From: Wickerhamiella versatilis
Lineage: Eukaryota
Length of the DNA: 64,000 nucleotides
Direction of reading: 5' to 3'
Assembly: GCA_030867685.1 (NCBI GenBank)
Contig: JAQOWU010000008.1
Span: 930,001-994,000 of the forward strand
Shown: positions 10,550-22,115 of the stretch, piece after piece
Position numbering within the stretch: position 1 is the stretch's first letter
Layout: the number at the start of each line of letters is the position of its first letter
Program-made: the position numbers and the translations under genes
The notes under the pieces: model-generated
Database searches by the model: none
Told to the model about the DNA's origin: nothing
What the model saw: the letters and a program-made list of their open reading frames with translations, nothing else

Positions 10550-11449
10550 ATGGGCAGTGATCCATTCAACTTTGACAGCTTCCGTGCTAGCGCACCTGGG
10601 TTCGAGCAGAAACCAGATTCGATGTCATTAGAGGATGTTCGCCAGCTGGTTGACGAAATACGTAGCCCGCCACCCCCAGAGCAGGACGCCCCTGCCGACA
10701 TTTCCATGCCCGATGCAGAGGTAAGTGATGATGATGTGCAGGACGAGGAAGGGATACCAGAAAATACTGATACTAAGGCTTCCCCGGTGCAGACCCCTCA
10801 ATTGGAGGAGACAGACGAAGCTTCGAGACCCGGACCATCATCACAAACACCAACGAGATGGTTGCATCCGTCACAAATGGGTGCACAGCTAGCAGTAGCC
10901 CCTCTCCAAAAGGCCCCTGAAATGCCCATTTTTGTGCCATGGCACCAAAGTATGCCTTATATCTTGAGCACGTTTTTGCAGCTTTTGTTCAATGTTGCAG
11001 TTATTCTTATCGCTGGTTGCTTGATATTTCTTTTCCGAAAGGATGTAAGTTTTGAGGTGCGTGAGCGGTCCTCCGCCATCGCCAATGAAGCTGCAGCTTG
11101 TGCTGATCAGTATATCATTAATGAGTGCCGACTAGGCCTGCGTCGTCCTGAGCTCTCTAAGTTCTGCGAAGACCTCGAAAGATGCATGGAAAGGGATCCT
11201 ATGGCGGTTCGTAGACTTAGTGCTGGTGCTGCAACGCTGGCAACTATTTTCAATGAGTTCCTAGACCCCCTCTCTATTCGAACTATGTGCCTTCTTGTAG
11301 GAATGTTTGTTGTTACTGCGTTTGCTGGAAACTATGGATTCGGATTTTTGCGGGCAAGGACATTCCTTCCCACAAGGAGGGAATCAAACTCTCGCGAACG
11401 CCCATCATCAACTGCGCTAACTGGGAAGCATAGTCCAGAAATGAAGTAG
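10550..11449 (+). CDS. BRR6: Nuclear envelope protein, Brr6/Brl1 family
   Basis: PYILSTFLQLLFN TM, four-Cys luminal loop (CADQYIINEC...FCEDLERCM), second TM. Confidence 0.8.
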   Translation: MGSDPFNFDSFRASAPGFEQKPDSMSLEDVRQLVDEIRSPPPPEQDAPADISMPDAEVSDDDVQDEEGIPENTDTKASPVQTPQLEETDEASRPGPSSQTPTRWLHPSQMGAQLAVAPLQKAPEMPIFVPWHQSMPYILSTFLQLLFNVAVILIAGCLIFLFRKDVSFEVRERSSAIANEAAACADQYIINECRLGLRRPELSKFCEDLERCMERDPMAVRRLSAGAATLATIFNEFLDPLSIRTMCLLVGMFVVTAFAGNYGFGFLRARTFLPTRRESNSRERPSSTALTGKHSPEMK

Positions 11450-11518
11450 CGCTGGACCCTGGCAAAAAGTTACTGTTAATTGAGGCGTTAGATTCTTAAG
11501 AAAAAAAATTTATGTACA

Positions 11519-12334
11519 TTAGTGGAACCCGAAGTCAGATCCCTGAGCTCGGTTATTTACCATTTCCCAATCAATAGTGTCAAAGAAGTTCTTTACGAAC
11601 TGTCGCTTGCCCCCCACACCATAATCATGGAGATATACATGTTCCCATAGATTAACACATAGCAACGGCCTGAATTTTGTCACTGCCTTATCATCGGAGC
11701 TACTGGATAACTGGGCTGAAGTGTACGGGTTACCCCATCCGTATGTGTTGACCAAAAAGCAGTCTGCGTTAACCTCCAGTAGCCAGAGATATCCATTACC
11801 AAAGAGCGAAGAGCCACGGTTTATCATTAGTTCGCGGAACGCGGAAATACCTTCAAATGAATAGTCCAGTTTCGCTCCAATGCCACTATGAAGGGTCGAG
11901 TAGCTCGACGCATCCCCCATAGGCGGCGGATTGAGAACCTTATTCGATGTATCCACTGCATCTGCGGTAGGCTCAGACGTCCGAAATTTGGCACCTGGAT
12001 TCACAGATGCTGGTCTCAGGCTCCGGAAGAAAACTTCATTGGCATATGCTTGTGAAGCCAACGCGGCCAGAGGCTTGTCCTCGGCATTTCCGGTCTGCAG
12101 AATCGCGGTTAGCAGCTCAAAGGGGGTCTTTTTTTCACTATATGACTCGTCCTGTGATGTTTTTTCATTAATCCTATCCAGCAGGTATTGTTGATACTGG
12201 AACCACGCAATATCGAGTCCTTTAGAGCTTAGAAGCCCAGGTATTCCTTTTTCCCGCTCCAACGCCAGGTCAGGCAGCGTGTGGAGACGCCTAAGTCCCG
12301 ATACCCTTCTCAGTCCCGAACGGAGCCCGATCAT
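11519..12334 (-). CDS. RSM26: Mitochondrial small-subunit ribosomal protein with Fe/Mn-SOD fold (mS42)
   Basis: Arg-rich presequence; GIPGLLSSKGLDIAWFQYQ; PLLCVNLWEHVYLHDYG...FFDTIDW; SOD metal ligands incomplete. Confidence 0.8.
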   Translation of the reverse strand: MIGLRSGLRRVSGLRRLHTLPDLALEREKGIPGLLSSKGLDIAWFQYQQYLLDRINEKTSQDESYSEKKTPFELLTAILQTGNAEDKPLAALASQAYANEVFFRSLRPASVNPGAKFRTSEPTADAVDTSNKVLNPPPMGDASSYSTLHSGIGAKLDYSFEGISAFRELMINRGSSLFGNGYLWLLEVNADCFLVNTYGWGNPYTSAQLSSSSDDKAVTKFRPLLCVNLWEHVYLHDYGVGGKRQFVKNFFDTIDWEMVNNRAQGSDFGFH

Positions 12335-12435
12335 GTCAGCTGAAAAATCAACCAAGCGTTATCCTATTATGCAGGTGGGCATACAAACATACACTATAGC
12401 GCATTAAGATTTTAAGTTAACTTAAACGAGGGTTC

Positions 12436-13605
12436 TTAGCGACGTCGGCTGACACGTAAACTCCGTACGCGGCCTAAAAGACCACCTGATGGCTTAGGGT
12501 CGTCATCTTCGTCAGGCAAGGCACTGTCGCTATTGCCACGGTGCACTATGGGTCTCTGCCTTTGAGACCTCTGTCGACGCAGAATCGACCTTGACCTTCC
12601 TAGATGCTCACTCTTCTCTCTGCCTGCTTCTTCAATATCATCACGAGATGCTTTTGTACCGTCCAGGAAGGTTGAACTTCCAAGGCCTGCGGTCATCTTA
12701 CCATGGACCTTTTCTCCCTTATCCGTAGGATCGAAAGACATTTGTGCCGCTTCTGGAGGCACACTCTGCTCAGCTAGCTGTGCAGCCCGACCATAAACCT
12801 GTTCTTCTGTCTGGTATCTGCCCAAGGCCGGATCCACCCTCAAGCTGTTGTTGGGTCCATCTGCCAAAAAAGCCGTGATCGGAGGCGGTCCCACGCGCTT
12901 TCGGGTGGCCTTTTTCGAGTTACGAGCTGGAGTTAGTGCATCGAAAGGGCCATCATGATGGAATGACCCTGGTCCGTACAGACCCGTCACATCCATTTTG
13001 TCGATTACATCAAGAGAAGCCTGATTGACCTTCTTCATGCGCCTGCTAGAAGAGTCTGAAAGATGGGCGGCTTCAGATTTCGAGCGCGTCCGGGACGAAT
13101 GATGACGGCTTGACGTCGAACGGCTAGATGGTTCTCGAGGGGGGGTTCCACGTTCGCGATGGCGTTCACGAGCTTCCTTCTCACGTAGCCTGCGCTCACG
13201 TTCTCTGTAATATCCCTCACGATCACGTTCTCTTTCTCTCTGTCGCTGCTCTCTTCTTGCCAGTCTTGTCTTCTCATCTCCATCGGAGTGACGCCGTTGG
13301 GAGGCAATATCTGGGGCAACCTGGTCATAGGAGGGAGGGGGCTCAAGTTGTTCTTCTGTATCATTGCCAGCGGAGTCCTGCTCCGTCCTGAATGGATTTG
13401 ACGACTGCCGGACTGGAGGGGTATTGTCAGTCCGTTGATGGTTCAATCTACCACTTTCCCCTCTCGGTGGCGGTGGTACTGGCGATTGTACTGGCGATGG
13501 AGATCTTCCTCCTACACTAGGCGATAGCTCCCGTAATATCATTGACCGGCGGAATGGATTGGTCTCGGGCACAGCTAGCCTTCGAAACTCGCCAGCATCA
13601 CTCAT
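12436..13605 (-). CDS. PAL1: Pal1 family endocytic/cell-morphology protein
   Basis: DVIDKMDVTGLYGPGSFHHDGPFDA Pal1 signature, NPF motifs, PPPSY, GLGSSTFLDG. Confidence 0.88.
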   Translation of the reverse strand: MSDAGEFRRLAVPETNPFRRSMILRELSPSVGGRSPSPVQSPVPPPPRGESGRLNHQRTDNTPPVRQSSNPFRTEQDSAGNDTEEQLEPPPSYDQVAPDIASQRRHSDGDEKTRLARREQRQRERERDREGYYRERERRLREKEARERHRERGTPPREPSSRSTSSRHHSSRTRSKSEAAHLSDSSSRRMKKVNQASLDVIDKMDVTGLYGPGSFHHDGPFDALTPARNSKKATRKRVGPPPITAFLADGPNNSLRVDPALGRYQTEEQVYGRAAQLAEQSVPPEAAQMSFDPTDKGEKVHGKMTAGLGSSTFLDGTKASRDDIEEAGREKSEHLGRSRSILRRQRSQRQRPIVHRGNSDSALPDEDDDPKPSGGLLGRVRSLRVSRRR

Positions 13606-14351
13606 TACCGTTGGGATGATATATCTGCGATTTTCGCGTGGACTGATGAAAGGGGTACTTTGCTGAATAAGCACCTCTCAGGTCTCATGCTGTCTCGCGC
13701 CCACGAGCAGCCCGTCAAAGAAGAACGCGAATAAGCTGGTCTTAAGATATTTGGTATAATTGATTTTGAGAAACTAATTGAAATGTTAAATTTGATGATT
13801 TTTTGATGGTGTGGACTGGTTACCACCACGCGCCACAGGCAAGTGACATTAAATAGTAAGTAGTAAGCTGGCTGTGTGTTGGCTGCGGCGTCCGCCGTCA
13901 AACTAGCAAGCGAAGATTAGTATTAATTATCTCAGAATATATCAGCTTATGGCTGGATTAAGCGGTGGGGCAGCAAAATTTACGGTTGATGCTGAACTCA
14001 TAATAATAATGATGATTATATTGGTAGCTCCGAGATATAAATAGCTCGGGGTCGGGAGTAAAGTGACGAAATAAACGAAATTCAAAATTTAACATTTAGC
14101 GAAAAGACAATTAAAAAAAGATCACAGCAAAGATTCATAGCAATTGGTTTAATTCCTATTTCCGTTTTTGTTGACCTTTTCCTGTATCGGGATTGGCCAG
14201 TAGTAAGATTAGGCACAGCCACCCCCCTACTTACGAAATTAGAAATAAAAGTTTGATCTAGCCAATATCAATTTAATTTGATATACTTTATTCCGACTGT
14301 GCAAAAAAAACTCCCAAAAGTACGCACAAACAATAGACTTTTCAAGCCATC

Positions 14352-15803
14352 ATGTTGAGTGAATACAACGTGCTTAGTTACACTCGTTTGTCGGTGGAAG
14401 ACCTGTCAATGCCCATACTTCTGCTGGCGTTGGCATTAACTGTCGCACTTACGAGCGTGAAGTATACATCTAAGAGGTATGACAGTAGTATTTGGGGCCT
14501 GGGATTGCGCTTTCTGGTGTCAGTGCTCTTGGCTGCATCTGCGATGGTGGTCATGCTAGTGGTCTGCGAAGTAGGAAATCTTGGGGATACAGAGCCACGG
14601 GCAGAACTTTGGCGTAAAGTGACGGGATCACTGCTATTTCTTCTCGGTTTTGTGGTGCCTGCAGTACATGGTGCACGATACTGGGGGATGCATACAAAAT
14701 TTTCTTGGATCGCATTTTGCTGCACTTACATTGTTTACCTTGTAGCTTTCACTATAGCAGCAGCAAAACTTCCCGTAGAGCGGGAAGTTGGCGTGCATCG
14801 GGATTGGTTTGCGGTTAGACAAGACCTACTTGCATGTATTAGCTGCATCGGAATTACGGCCATGGCGGCCCTATGCGGTGTTTCATCAGTCTCGGCTCCA
14901 TATATAGCCTTCATTGCTGAAAAGCCTCATGTTACGGAGGTGGATCTTGCAAGAATTAGGCAAAATATTGCTTACACCGATACGTCGATTGTTGAAAAGG
15001 AAATGCAGGTTTCGCGACTTCGGATGGAGGCTGCATCTAAGCCGTCAAGAAATAGTCATAATAATCTTGTGGGAATGATTGTCGGTGGATTATGGCGGAG
15101 TGAAGGTATTCACAAACAGTTAAGCGATGCCTCCGAGGAGGTACAGAGCTTACGCAGTCTGCGTAAGGATCTTATCGACGATGCTGAGGCAATGGAGGCA
15201 GCAATTTCACAGCAAAAGTTCTCCCGTACCACTATTGGACGCTTGCATGCCATAATATATGCATTCTTCGCATCATACTGCATCTATCGTGTTATCAACG
15301 GATACTTTCGCATGGGGTGGTGGGCCTTCTCAACGCATACAAGAGAGCCAGGGGCTAGTGCTCCGCGGGATGCCCTAGTTGCGACAATCGCAAAACTGGC
15401 GAATCACATTATTCCGCAAATAGACACTAATGGCTGGGTGCGCATTGTTGGAATATTTATGTCGGGATGTGTCTTCATAGCTGCCTTAAGCGGGGTACTA
15501 CGAACTGTAAAGAAAATAATTCCCCGACATTCGCAATCAAGTTCAGTTCTAGACCCATTGCTAGTGGCAAACATTTGCGGAGTATATGTATTGTCGATTG
15601 CGACCACCCTTCGACTTAATCTTCCTAAGGAAATGTCTGGACCAATCACCACGGCTCTTCAGAGCCCATTGCTTGTACCATCTGTACAATTATGGAATGA
15701 TATTGTATTATGCGGAACATCTACAATAATGATCGTGCTTATTTATGGGGCTTCTCATGTGAGAGACGAACCATGGGATGAGGAAACCCCCAAAGCTGAA
15801 TAG
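14352..15803 (+). CDS. Golgi pH regulator / GPR89 (GTG) family membrane protein; start may be 14409
   Basis: Multi-TM; GITAMAALCG..SVSAPY; central coiled coil; FSRTTIGR...YCIYRVI. Confidence 0.78.
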   Translation: MLSEYNVLSYTRLSVEDLSMPILLLALALTVALTSVKYTSKRYDSSIWGLGLRFLVSVLLAASAMVVMLVVCEVGNLGDTEPRAELWRKVTGSLLFLLGFVVPAVHGARYWGMHTKFSWIAFCCTYIVYLVAFTIAAAKLPVEREVGVHRDWFAVRQDLLACISCIGITAMAALCGVSSVSAPYIAFIAEKPHVTEVDLARIRQNIAYTDTSIVEKEMQVSRLRMEAASKPSRNSHNNLVGMIVGGLWRSEGIHKQLSDASEEVQSLRSLRKDLIDDAEAMEAAISQQKFSRTTIGRLHAIIYAFFASYCIYRVINGYFRMGWWAFSTHTREPGASAPRDALVATIAKLANHIIPQIDTNGWVRIVGIFMSGCVFIAALSGVLRTVKKIIPRHSQSSSVLDPLLVANICGVYVLSIATTLRLNLPKEMSGPITTALQSPLLVPSVQLWNDIVLCGTSTIMIVLIYGASHVRDEPWDEETPKAE

Positions 15804-15844
15804 TAGAAAGTTTATCACTGTTGCATTAAAGTAAATAGAATAAT

Positions 15845-16381
15845 TTAGTCATTTAATTGTGCCACGGCATTAGCTATGGTCTCGACTTGTCGCGATGACC
15901 TGGAGTCGGCAGTTTTTTTCCGGTGCAACAGGCCGTCCCGGTCTGCAGGGTCATACCATATATCAAGAGCTTCATTATTACCAGCAACTTTCTTGAGGGC
16001 TTCATTCTGAGGAATCACGGCCCAATATCTTGACAGAATTGAGGCCTGGGTCTCGGAAAAAGCACGGATGGCACCTGCGACGAGCTCAGAGACTGCCGTT
16101 GGAAACTCATATTCCCTGAGTTGGGAAACGTAGACAGAATTTCCCGATGATAATTGTGATACTGCTTCAATCGTCATCTTTAAATCGTCAGGTAGGTCTC
16201 TACCGAACTCGGACAATACGTCAGCTATATCTGTGGCCTTCTCATATAGTTGGTGTGCTAGCAATACCCATAAGTACTTAGTAAAAAAAGAAAATGAGCG
16301 CGAGGCATGACCAGCTAGTAAATTCACCGTCGCCTCGTACTCATGCATGCGCATGCTATCCAAATCACCATCCTGACGCAT
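15845..16381 (-). CDS. Hypothetical protein, possibly a CSN8/PSMD8/eIF3K-type PCI protein
   Basis: 178-aa helical ORF of similar size to CSN8; C-terminal QVETIANAVAQLND resembles the CSN8 terminal helix. Weak. Confidence 0.45.
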   Translation of the reverse strand: MRQDGDLDSMRMHEYEATVNLLAGHASRSFSFFTKYLWVLLAHQLYEKATDIADVLSEFGRDLPDDLKMTIEAVSQLSSGNSVYVSQLREYEFPTAVSELVAGAIRAFSETQASILSRYWAVIPQNEALKKVAGNNEALDIWYDPADRDGLLHRKKTADSRSSRQVETIANAVAQLND

Positions 16382-16724
16382 ATGTTATGAATCACTCCAG
16401 ACAGTGGATACTTACTGAGAGGAAAATTTGAAGCCCGAAAACTATGGTAGGGATTATCACTAAAGAATCAAATAGACCAGAAGACCCCTATCACTCAATT
16501 TATTCAAAGTGTGCGAATTTATGAGTTCCACGCTACTTACAGATAATACAAGTGACAGATACAGATAGTCGTCAACTAGCAATAACAACTAAACCACGCA
16601 AACATCTTTGCACTAAAATAGACAAATAAGAAGGAAGTTTAAAATCTAGCAAGCGGCCACTCAACTGAATACATTTCTGACCAGTCGTGCTAGATCGTTA
16701 CTGACTAAGTCTCGAACACCTGTC

Positions 16725-18776
16725 ATGGGCGATTCCGCGCTAACCACTTCGCGGAACCTGCTAAAGGTGACATCTCTCGTGTTGATCGCAGGTGCAGCTG
16801 TTGCCATGCGGCTGTACTCGGTCATAAGATTTGAGAGTATCATCCACGAGTTCGACCCGTGGTTCAATTTCCGGGCAACTAAACGGCTTGCAAATGAGGG
16901 ATTCTACTCATTCCTTAACTGGTTTGATAACCGTACGTGGTATCCCTTGGGTCGTGTGACTGGTGGAACCCTGTATCCTGGACTTATGGTGAGCTCAAAC
17001 ATTATCCATACTTTCTTGGAGTGGGTCGGTCTGCCGGTTGATATTCGCAACGTATGTGTGATGTTTGCACCAGCTTTCAGTGGTCTTACCGCACTTATGA
17101 CGTATTTCATTGGGTGTGAGGTCAAGGACACTACAGCAGGCCTCCTTAGTGCGCTCTTTGTAGGCCTGGCACCGGGATACATTTCTCGAAGTGTTGCTGG
17201 AAGCTATGACAATGAGGCCATTTCCATCACGCTCATGATGGCAACGTATTATTTTTGGATTAAAGCTCTGAAAACGGGCAGTGCACTGTGGGGTGGTCTC
17301 ACTGCTCTAAGCTACTTTTACATGGTGTCGGCATGGGGTGGATATGCGTTCATCACGAACATGATTCCACTCCATGTCTTCATCTTGCTTCTCATGGGCC
17401 GCTATCACCCTCGTATTTACGTTGCATATTGCTCGTGGTACGCCATTGGTACCCTTGCCAGTATGCAAGTGCCGTTTGTGAACTTCATGCCCGTTCTGAC
17501 ATCAGAGCATATGAGCTCGCTAGGAATTTTTGGTCTTCTGCAGCTCATTGCGTTCGCAAGCTATATCCGCTCATACATCACACGAAAGCAGTTTTTTACG
17601 ATTGTTGTGAGCAGCTCAGTGGTCATCGTCACTGTTGCAGCCGTTGGCCTTGTGACGCTTACTTACCTAGAGATTATTGCGCCATGGACAGGCCGTTTTT
17701 ACTCGCTGTGGGACACTGCCTATGCCAAGATACACATTCCTATCATTGCATCTGTGTCTGAACATCAGCCAACCGCGTGGACTTCGTTCTTTTTCGACAC
17801 CTCGTTCCTCGTCTGGCTTTTCCCTGTTGGTGTGTATATGAGTATTCAGGAGCTACGTGATGAACATGTCTTTATTATTACTTATGCCATTCTCGGTGCC
17901 TACTTTGCTGGTGTCATGGTGCGTCTGATGCTTGTTTTAACTCCATTGATGTGCGTATGCGGTGGCATGGCGGTCAGCCAGATCCTGGAAATTTATTCAA
18001 ACAGCAAGGGACCTGGCTCGTGGTCTGGAAGATTGGCGGTACTCGTGCCATTCGTTGGGTACCTTATCATGTTTGTACTCCACTGTGACTATGTCACCCA
18101 AAGTGTTTACTCCTCACCATCGGTTGTGCTTGCTGCCCAGAGACCAGATGGATCGCCTCTTATTATCGATGATTTCCGAGAGGCCTATTACTGGCTGCGT
18201 ATGAACACGGCAGATGATGCTAAGGTCATGTCTTGGTGGGATTATGGCTACCAAATCGGTGGTATGGCCGACCGAACAACACTGGTTGATAACAATACCT
18301 GGAACAATACCCATATTGCCACCGTCGGTAAGGCGATGTGCAAGGATGAGGATACCGCTTACAAGATTTTGCAACAGCACGATGTGGATTACGTGCTAGT
18401 TGTTTTTGGCGGAGTTCTGGGCTTCAGCGGTGACGACATTAACAAATTTTTGTGGATGGTACGGATAGCTAGTGGTGTTTGGCCAGATGAAGTACAGGAG
18501 GCCGATTATTATAGTGCTGGTGCGTACCGTCAAGATTCTCAGGCTACTAAGACCATGCTTGACTCCCTGATGTACAAGATGTCTTTCTACCGGTTCCCTG
18601 AGTTTAACGGCGGTATGGATCGCATTCGTGGACAATTAATTACGCACAGTCCAACGCTGGACGTTCTCGAGGAGGCGTTCACCAGTGAAAATTGGCTTGT
18701 GCGTATTTTTAAGGTTAAAAAGCCCGATACATTTGGGCGCAGTTTGCACCAGGCCGCAGCTTATGCTAACAAGTGA
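16725..18776 (+). CDS. STT3: Oligosaccharyltransferase catalytic subunit
   Basis: IIHEFDPWFN, GSYDNE, SVSEHQP, WWDYGYQI, DINK. Confidence 0.98.
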   Translation: MGDSALTTSRNLLKVTSLVLIAGAAVAMRLYSVIRFESIIHEFDPWFNFRATKRLANEGFYSFLNWFDNRTWYPLGRVTGGTLYPGLMVSSNIIHTFLEWVGLPVDIRNVCVMFAPAFSGLTALMTYFIGCEVKDTTAGLLSALFVGLAPGYISRSVAGSYDNEAISITLMMATYYFWIKALKTGSALWGGLTALSYFYMVSAWGGYAFITNMIPLHVFILLLMGRYHPRIYVAYCSWYAIGTLASMQVPFVNFMPVLTSEHMSSLGIFGLLQLIAFASYIRSYITRKQFFTIVVSSSVVIVTVAAVGLVTLTYLEIIAPWTGRFYSLWDTAYAKIHIPIIASVSEHQPTAWTSFFFDTSFLVWLFPVGVYMSIQELRDEHVFIITYAILGAYFAGVMVRLMLVLTPLMCVCGGMAVSQILEIYSNSKGPGSWSGRLAVLVPFVGYLIMFVLHCDYVTQSVYSSPSVVLAAQRPDGSPLIIDDFREAYYWLRMNTADDAKVMSWWDYGYQIGGMADRTTLVDNNTWNNTHIATVGKAMCKDEDTAYKILQQHDVDYVLVVFGGVLGFSGDDINKFLWMVRIASGVWPDEVQEADYYSAGAYRQDSQATKTMLDSLMYKMSFYRFPEFNGGMDRIRGQLITHSPTLDVLEEAFTSENWLVRIFKVKKPDTFGRSLHQAAAYANK

Positions 18777-18855
18777 AGCATCTTGGCTTGATGTGATTGA
18801 TTGATTGATTTAGATAGCCCACTAAGATTACATAAGGGAACGCGTGTACAGCAGC

Positions 18856-19488
18856 ATGGCCACCCAGAATGGCACTAAGATTGAACAATCTTCATTTGAA
18901 CAGACGAAACGCCCATCAAAGGCCGAGGCAACCATCGAGGCCCGCAATTTTGTCTTTACCAATTCCTATGCTACCATGAATACTATACACCAGCAGGGAC
19001 AATTCGAAGGATTTCCCACGGGCCAGGTTGAGTACTATGCTGATACAAATAGCGATGATGCCTCACTACTGATGATAAGAGTTGATATGTCCAGCAGCTT
19101 TAACAATATCAAGGCGGGGTCGCCGCTATCCCTCTCCATCCGCACGGGGGATTCGCCCAACGCCCACGCACCAGAACAAATGGCAAGCTCCAAGAGAATT
19201 GTGCTCTATGGCAGAATTCAAAGTACCGAGCCTTCGGAAGAAGAGAAGTCACTCTATTTCAAGCTGCATCCGGATGCTCTTGCATGGGAGCCCGGAAAAC
19301 CAGGATGGCATTTTACCGATTGGGTTAAGTTCGTACCTGAAGGAATATACTATATTGGAGGATTTGGGGACAAGCATTTTATTGGCACTTTGGCAGTTGA
19401 TAAGTACACAGAAGCGCCTATTATTCCCTCAAATACCCCAAAGCAAGACTCAATAGTCAAGGTATTCCGCAATATTTTACCTTTTTAA
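18856..19488 (+). CDS. CREG-like / pyridoxamine-5'-phosphate oxidase-like split-barrel protein
   Basis: GFPTGQVEYYAD, HPDALAWEPG, IYYIGGFGD..FIG. Confidence 0.72.
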   Translation: MATQNGTKIEQSSFEQTKRPSKAEATIEARNFVFTNSYATMNTIHQQGQFEGFPTGQVEYYADTNSDDASLLMIRVDMSSSFNNIKAGSPLSLSIRTGDSPNAHAPEQMASSKRIVLYGRIQSTEPSEEEKSLYFKLHPDALAWEPGKPGWHFTDWVKFVPEGIYYIGGFGDKHFIGTLAVDKYTEAPIIPSNTPKQDSIVKVFRNILPF

Positions 19489-19599
19489 AATTCACCAATC
19501 AAGTTCCGGCCTTTAGCTGCTATAGATAGCTAGGATAGATAGGACTACAGCTCTTACGTGCATTACTAATATCCTCACCCCGGACGGCTATTTGAATTC

Positions 19600-20784
19600 A
19601 TGAATGGTTTGAGTGCCGATTTATGGGTTGAACATATATTGCCGCTGGTGGGCCCATGTGATTTGATACGGTTATCGCTAACAAGCAAATACTTCTATCA
19701 ACTAACGCAGACTGCTGTTAAGGAGAATTATTACCAGGAATGGTTTGGAGATAACGACATGCATCCCAGACAACGCAAATTCCGCAATTGGTATGAGCGT
19801 GTGTCCCATCGTAGGGGTGGTAGGCTATTTGCATGGGGTCTATGCCAGGGTCTAGAGCTAGGATATTTTCCAGAGGCTGGGAACATTCGTGGGGTGGCCC
19901 AGCCTACCCAAGTTGACCTGTCCCAACTTCCAGTGATTCGTAAATTTTGTGAATTTCCTTGGCAGTTAGGATGGATCACTGCCCAAGGTGAAATATGGGC
20001 ATTTCATGTCCATTCGCCAAATCTTTGCCAGCTTATGAGCGATCCTCCCACACAATTCGTAAATGCATGCAGTGCGAACGACACGGTGATAGCATTAGAT
20101 GTAACTGGCAATGTTTATTTTTGGAAAGGGATTTCGGATGTGGGACGCAGGATAACAATGTTGGAACGAGTCCGGAAGATATCAGGGACAAGTTGTTCTC
20201 GATATGCGGCTCTTCTCAGTGATGGAACCGTACTTGCATGGAGAGCCAATGATCCTTCAATCAAAGAAATCCTTAAGGGCTTACCTGTCGTAGATATAGC
20301 GGCTGGTAGCCATTATGTATTTGTTCTGCTCGAGACTGGGCAAGCGGGTTTTGTTTGGATAACTGGTAATTTCGTAGGTCGCGTGGAATGGCTAGTTGGC
20401 CCAGAGAAATTTTCGAAAATTACTGCATACTGGGGCCATTTCGCTGCCATTACCAGGGAAGGTAATGTTTTTGTGGGTGATTGTATCGGGTTTGCTGTGG
20501 TGCCTTCATCACAGCCCATTTTCAAAGAAAAAATCAAGGAGGTAGCATTAGGTGCAATGCATTATGCTGCGATTTCCGAAAGTGGCGCAGTATACACATG
20601 GGGCCAGGAACTTGATGGCTGGGTAGGAAATTGGTTCATCGATACCTGTGGCACGCTGGGAAGTGGTAGCAGTGTCAAGAGTAGTTTATACCCACGGTTG
20701 GTATCGCGAGGAGGTGTGCTTAAGGTCACTTGTGGGACTCTATACTGTGCCACACTTCTTGATGAGAGTGCTATACCTGGATGA
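19600..20784 (+). CDS. SAF1: F-box plus RCC1-repeat protein (Saf1-like)
   Basis: N-terminal F-box (LSADLWVEHILPLV..DLIRLSLTSKYF); RCC1 repeats (DIAAGSHY, VALGAMHYAAISESGAVYTWG). Confidence 0.72.
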   Translation: MNGLSADLWVEHILPLVGPCDLIRLSLTSKYFYQLTQTAVKENYYQEWFGDNDMHPRQRKFRNWYERVSHRRGGRLFAWGLCQGLELGYFPEAGNIRGVAQPTQVDLSQLPVIRKFCEFPWQLGWITAQGEIWAFHVHSPNLCQLMSDPPTQFVNACSANDTVIALDVTGNVYFWKGISDVGRRITMLERVRKISGTSCSRYAALLSDGTVLAWRANDPSIKEILKGLPVVDIAAGSHYVFVLLETGQAGFVWITGNFVGRVEWLVGPEKFSKITAYWGHFAAITREGNVFVGDCIGFAVVPSSQPIFKEKIKEVALGAMHYAAISESGAVYTWGQELDGWVGNWFIDTCGTLGSGSSVKSSLYPRLVSRGGVLKVTCGTLYCATLLDESAIPG

Positions 20785-20867
20785 ATCGAGCTAAAATAAT
20801 AATAATGAAAGAAAAATGAGATATCTTATAAGCTAAAAAAGGTATGGAGGACTAGGCTAGGCTAAGC

Positions 20868-22115
20868 TTAGTTGTAAATAACATACTTAGCGCTACCAGA
20901 TGTAACGGTAACAGTGCATCCATCGCCACCACCGTTGAACTTACCGTTCTCGTAAACACACTTACCAGAGACGGTCGAGTCACCGTCAGCAACGATTTTA
21001 ACGTTGAAGTTAGCCGCTTCCCTGTTGTTGGGGTTGGGAATCAGTGAAAGCCATGACTGACCATTAGTGGCACCGGCACCGAACTCCACAGGAGCCCAGT
21101 TACCCTTTCCAGAGCCTTGAGATCCCCAGTTGCAGCCGTCCTCAACGGAGACACCAGCGTTGTTAACATAGTACTGAGCAGAGGTCTTACCACCCTGCCA
21201 GCGGTAGTAGGTGTCCTCATCGACAACGGTGAGGGGCTGGGTACCACCAGCCTCAACGACAGTAGGGATGACCATGTTCTCGGTACCAGGGTAGTCGGTA
21301 CGGCAGACGGCGACAGACTGACCAATCTCTGAGACAATCTTAGCAGTGCCTTTACCCCAGGCACACAAAGCTTTCTCATCCTTATTGGTACGGTACAGCT
21401 TACCGTTCTTGCACTCAAGACCACCCTTACTTACACCATTGGAAGGCTGTTCGCTAGGGTATTGCGTTTTGCTCATACCTGGCTGGCAAGCGTAAGAGCA
21501 CAGAGCGCCCTCCTTACAGTCGCCACCGGTAGAACCATCGCTATTTTCAATTCCTGACCAGCCACCGAATCCGAGCCAGTCAAGAGAGAGGACACCATTG
21601 CCCGAGGGGAAGTCACTGCACGAAACAGTGCCGTCCTCGAAGTCCTGGGGGGTTTCGTTTTCACTAAGATCTCCATTGAGATCTCCAGAGCCAGAGGAAG
21701 AGCCACCACCAGAGCTGGACGAAGATGGGGCGGGAGCAGACGACGACGAAGAAGTTTCAACGAATGCGGAGGAAGTGGTGGTAGCCGGCGCCGGGGCCTC
21801 GCTGCTCGAGGTGACCACTGGGGCCACCTGAGACGAGGTGGTAACGGCAGGGGCGGGTTCGGACGAGGTGGTGACAGCAGGAGCGGCCTCGGAGGTGGTC
21901 GGTGCCGCAGGGGCAGGGCCAGCCTCGGACGTAGTGGGAGCAGCACCACCAGTCTGGTACGCAGAAACGGTGTTACCATTCTGGTCCACCTCAATCACCT
22001 GGTAAAGGAGCTGGTGCTCAACAGCCCGCTTCTCGGCATCATGAGCATGGTGAACACCCGCGCCAAGGGCGCCGGAAAGCATAAAGATCGCAGCAGCAAC
22101 AGAAAAGTACTTCAT
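20868..22115 (-). CDS. SUN-family secreted glucanase-like cell-wall protein (Sim1/Sun4/Uth1)
   Basis: Signal peptide, KR site, Ser/Thr/Pro/Ala-rich linker, [30 protein letters not shown]. Confidence 0.95.
   Translation of the reverse strand: MKYFSVAAAIFMLSGALGAGVHHAHDAEKRAVEHQLLYQVIEVDQNGNTVSAYQTGGAAPTTSEAGPAPAAPTTSEAAPAVTTSSEPAPAVTTSSQVAPVVTSSSEAPAPATTTSSAFVETSSSSSAPAPSSSSSGGGSSSGSGDLNGDLSENETPQDFEDGTVSCSDFPSGNGVLSLDWLGFGGWSGIENSDGSTGGDCKEGALCSYACQPGMSKTQYPSEQPSNGVSKGGLECKNGKLYRTNKDEKALCAWGKGTAKIVSEIGQSVAVCRTDYPGTENMVIPTVVEAGGTQPLTVVDEDTYYRWQGGKTSAQYYVNNAGVSVEDGCNWGSQGSGKGNWAPVEFGAGATNGQSWLSLIPNPNNREAANFNVKIVADGDSTVSGKCVYENGKFNGGGDGCTVTVTSGSAKYVIYN

Noticed and set aside
11519-12334. Superoxide dismutase call
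   Set aside because: Metal ligands are incomplete and the N-terminal motif matches mitoribosomal Rsm26.
16373-16415. Possible minus-strand intron (GTAAGT...CAG) at the start of the CSN8-like gene
   Set aside because: Poor branch point and no upstream ATG-containing exon found.
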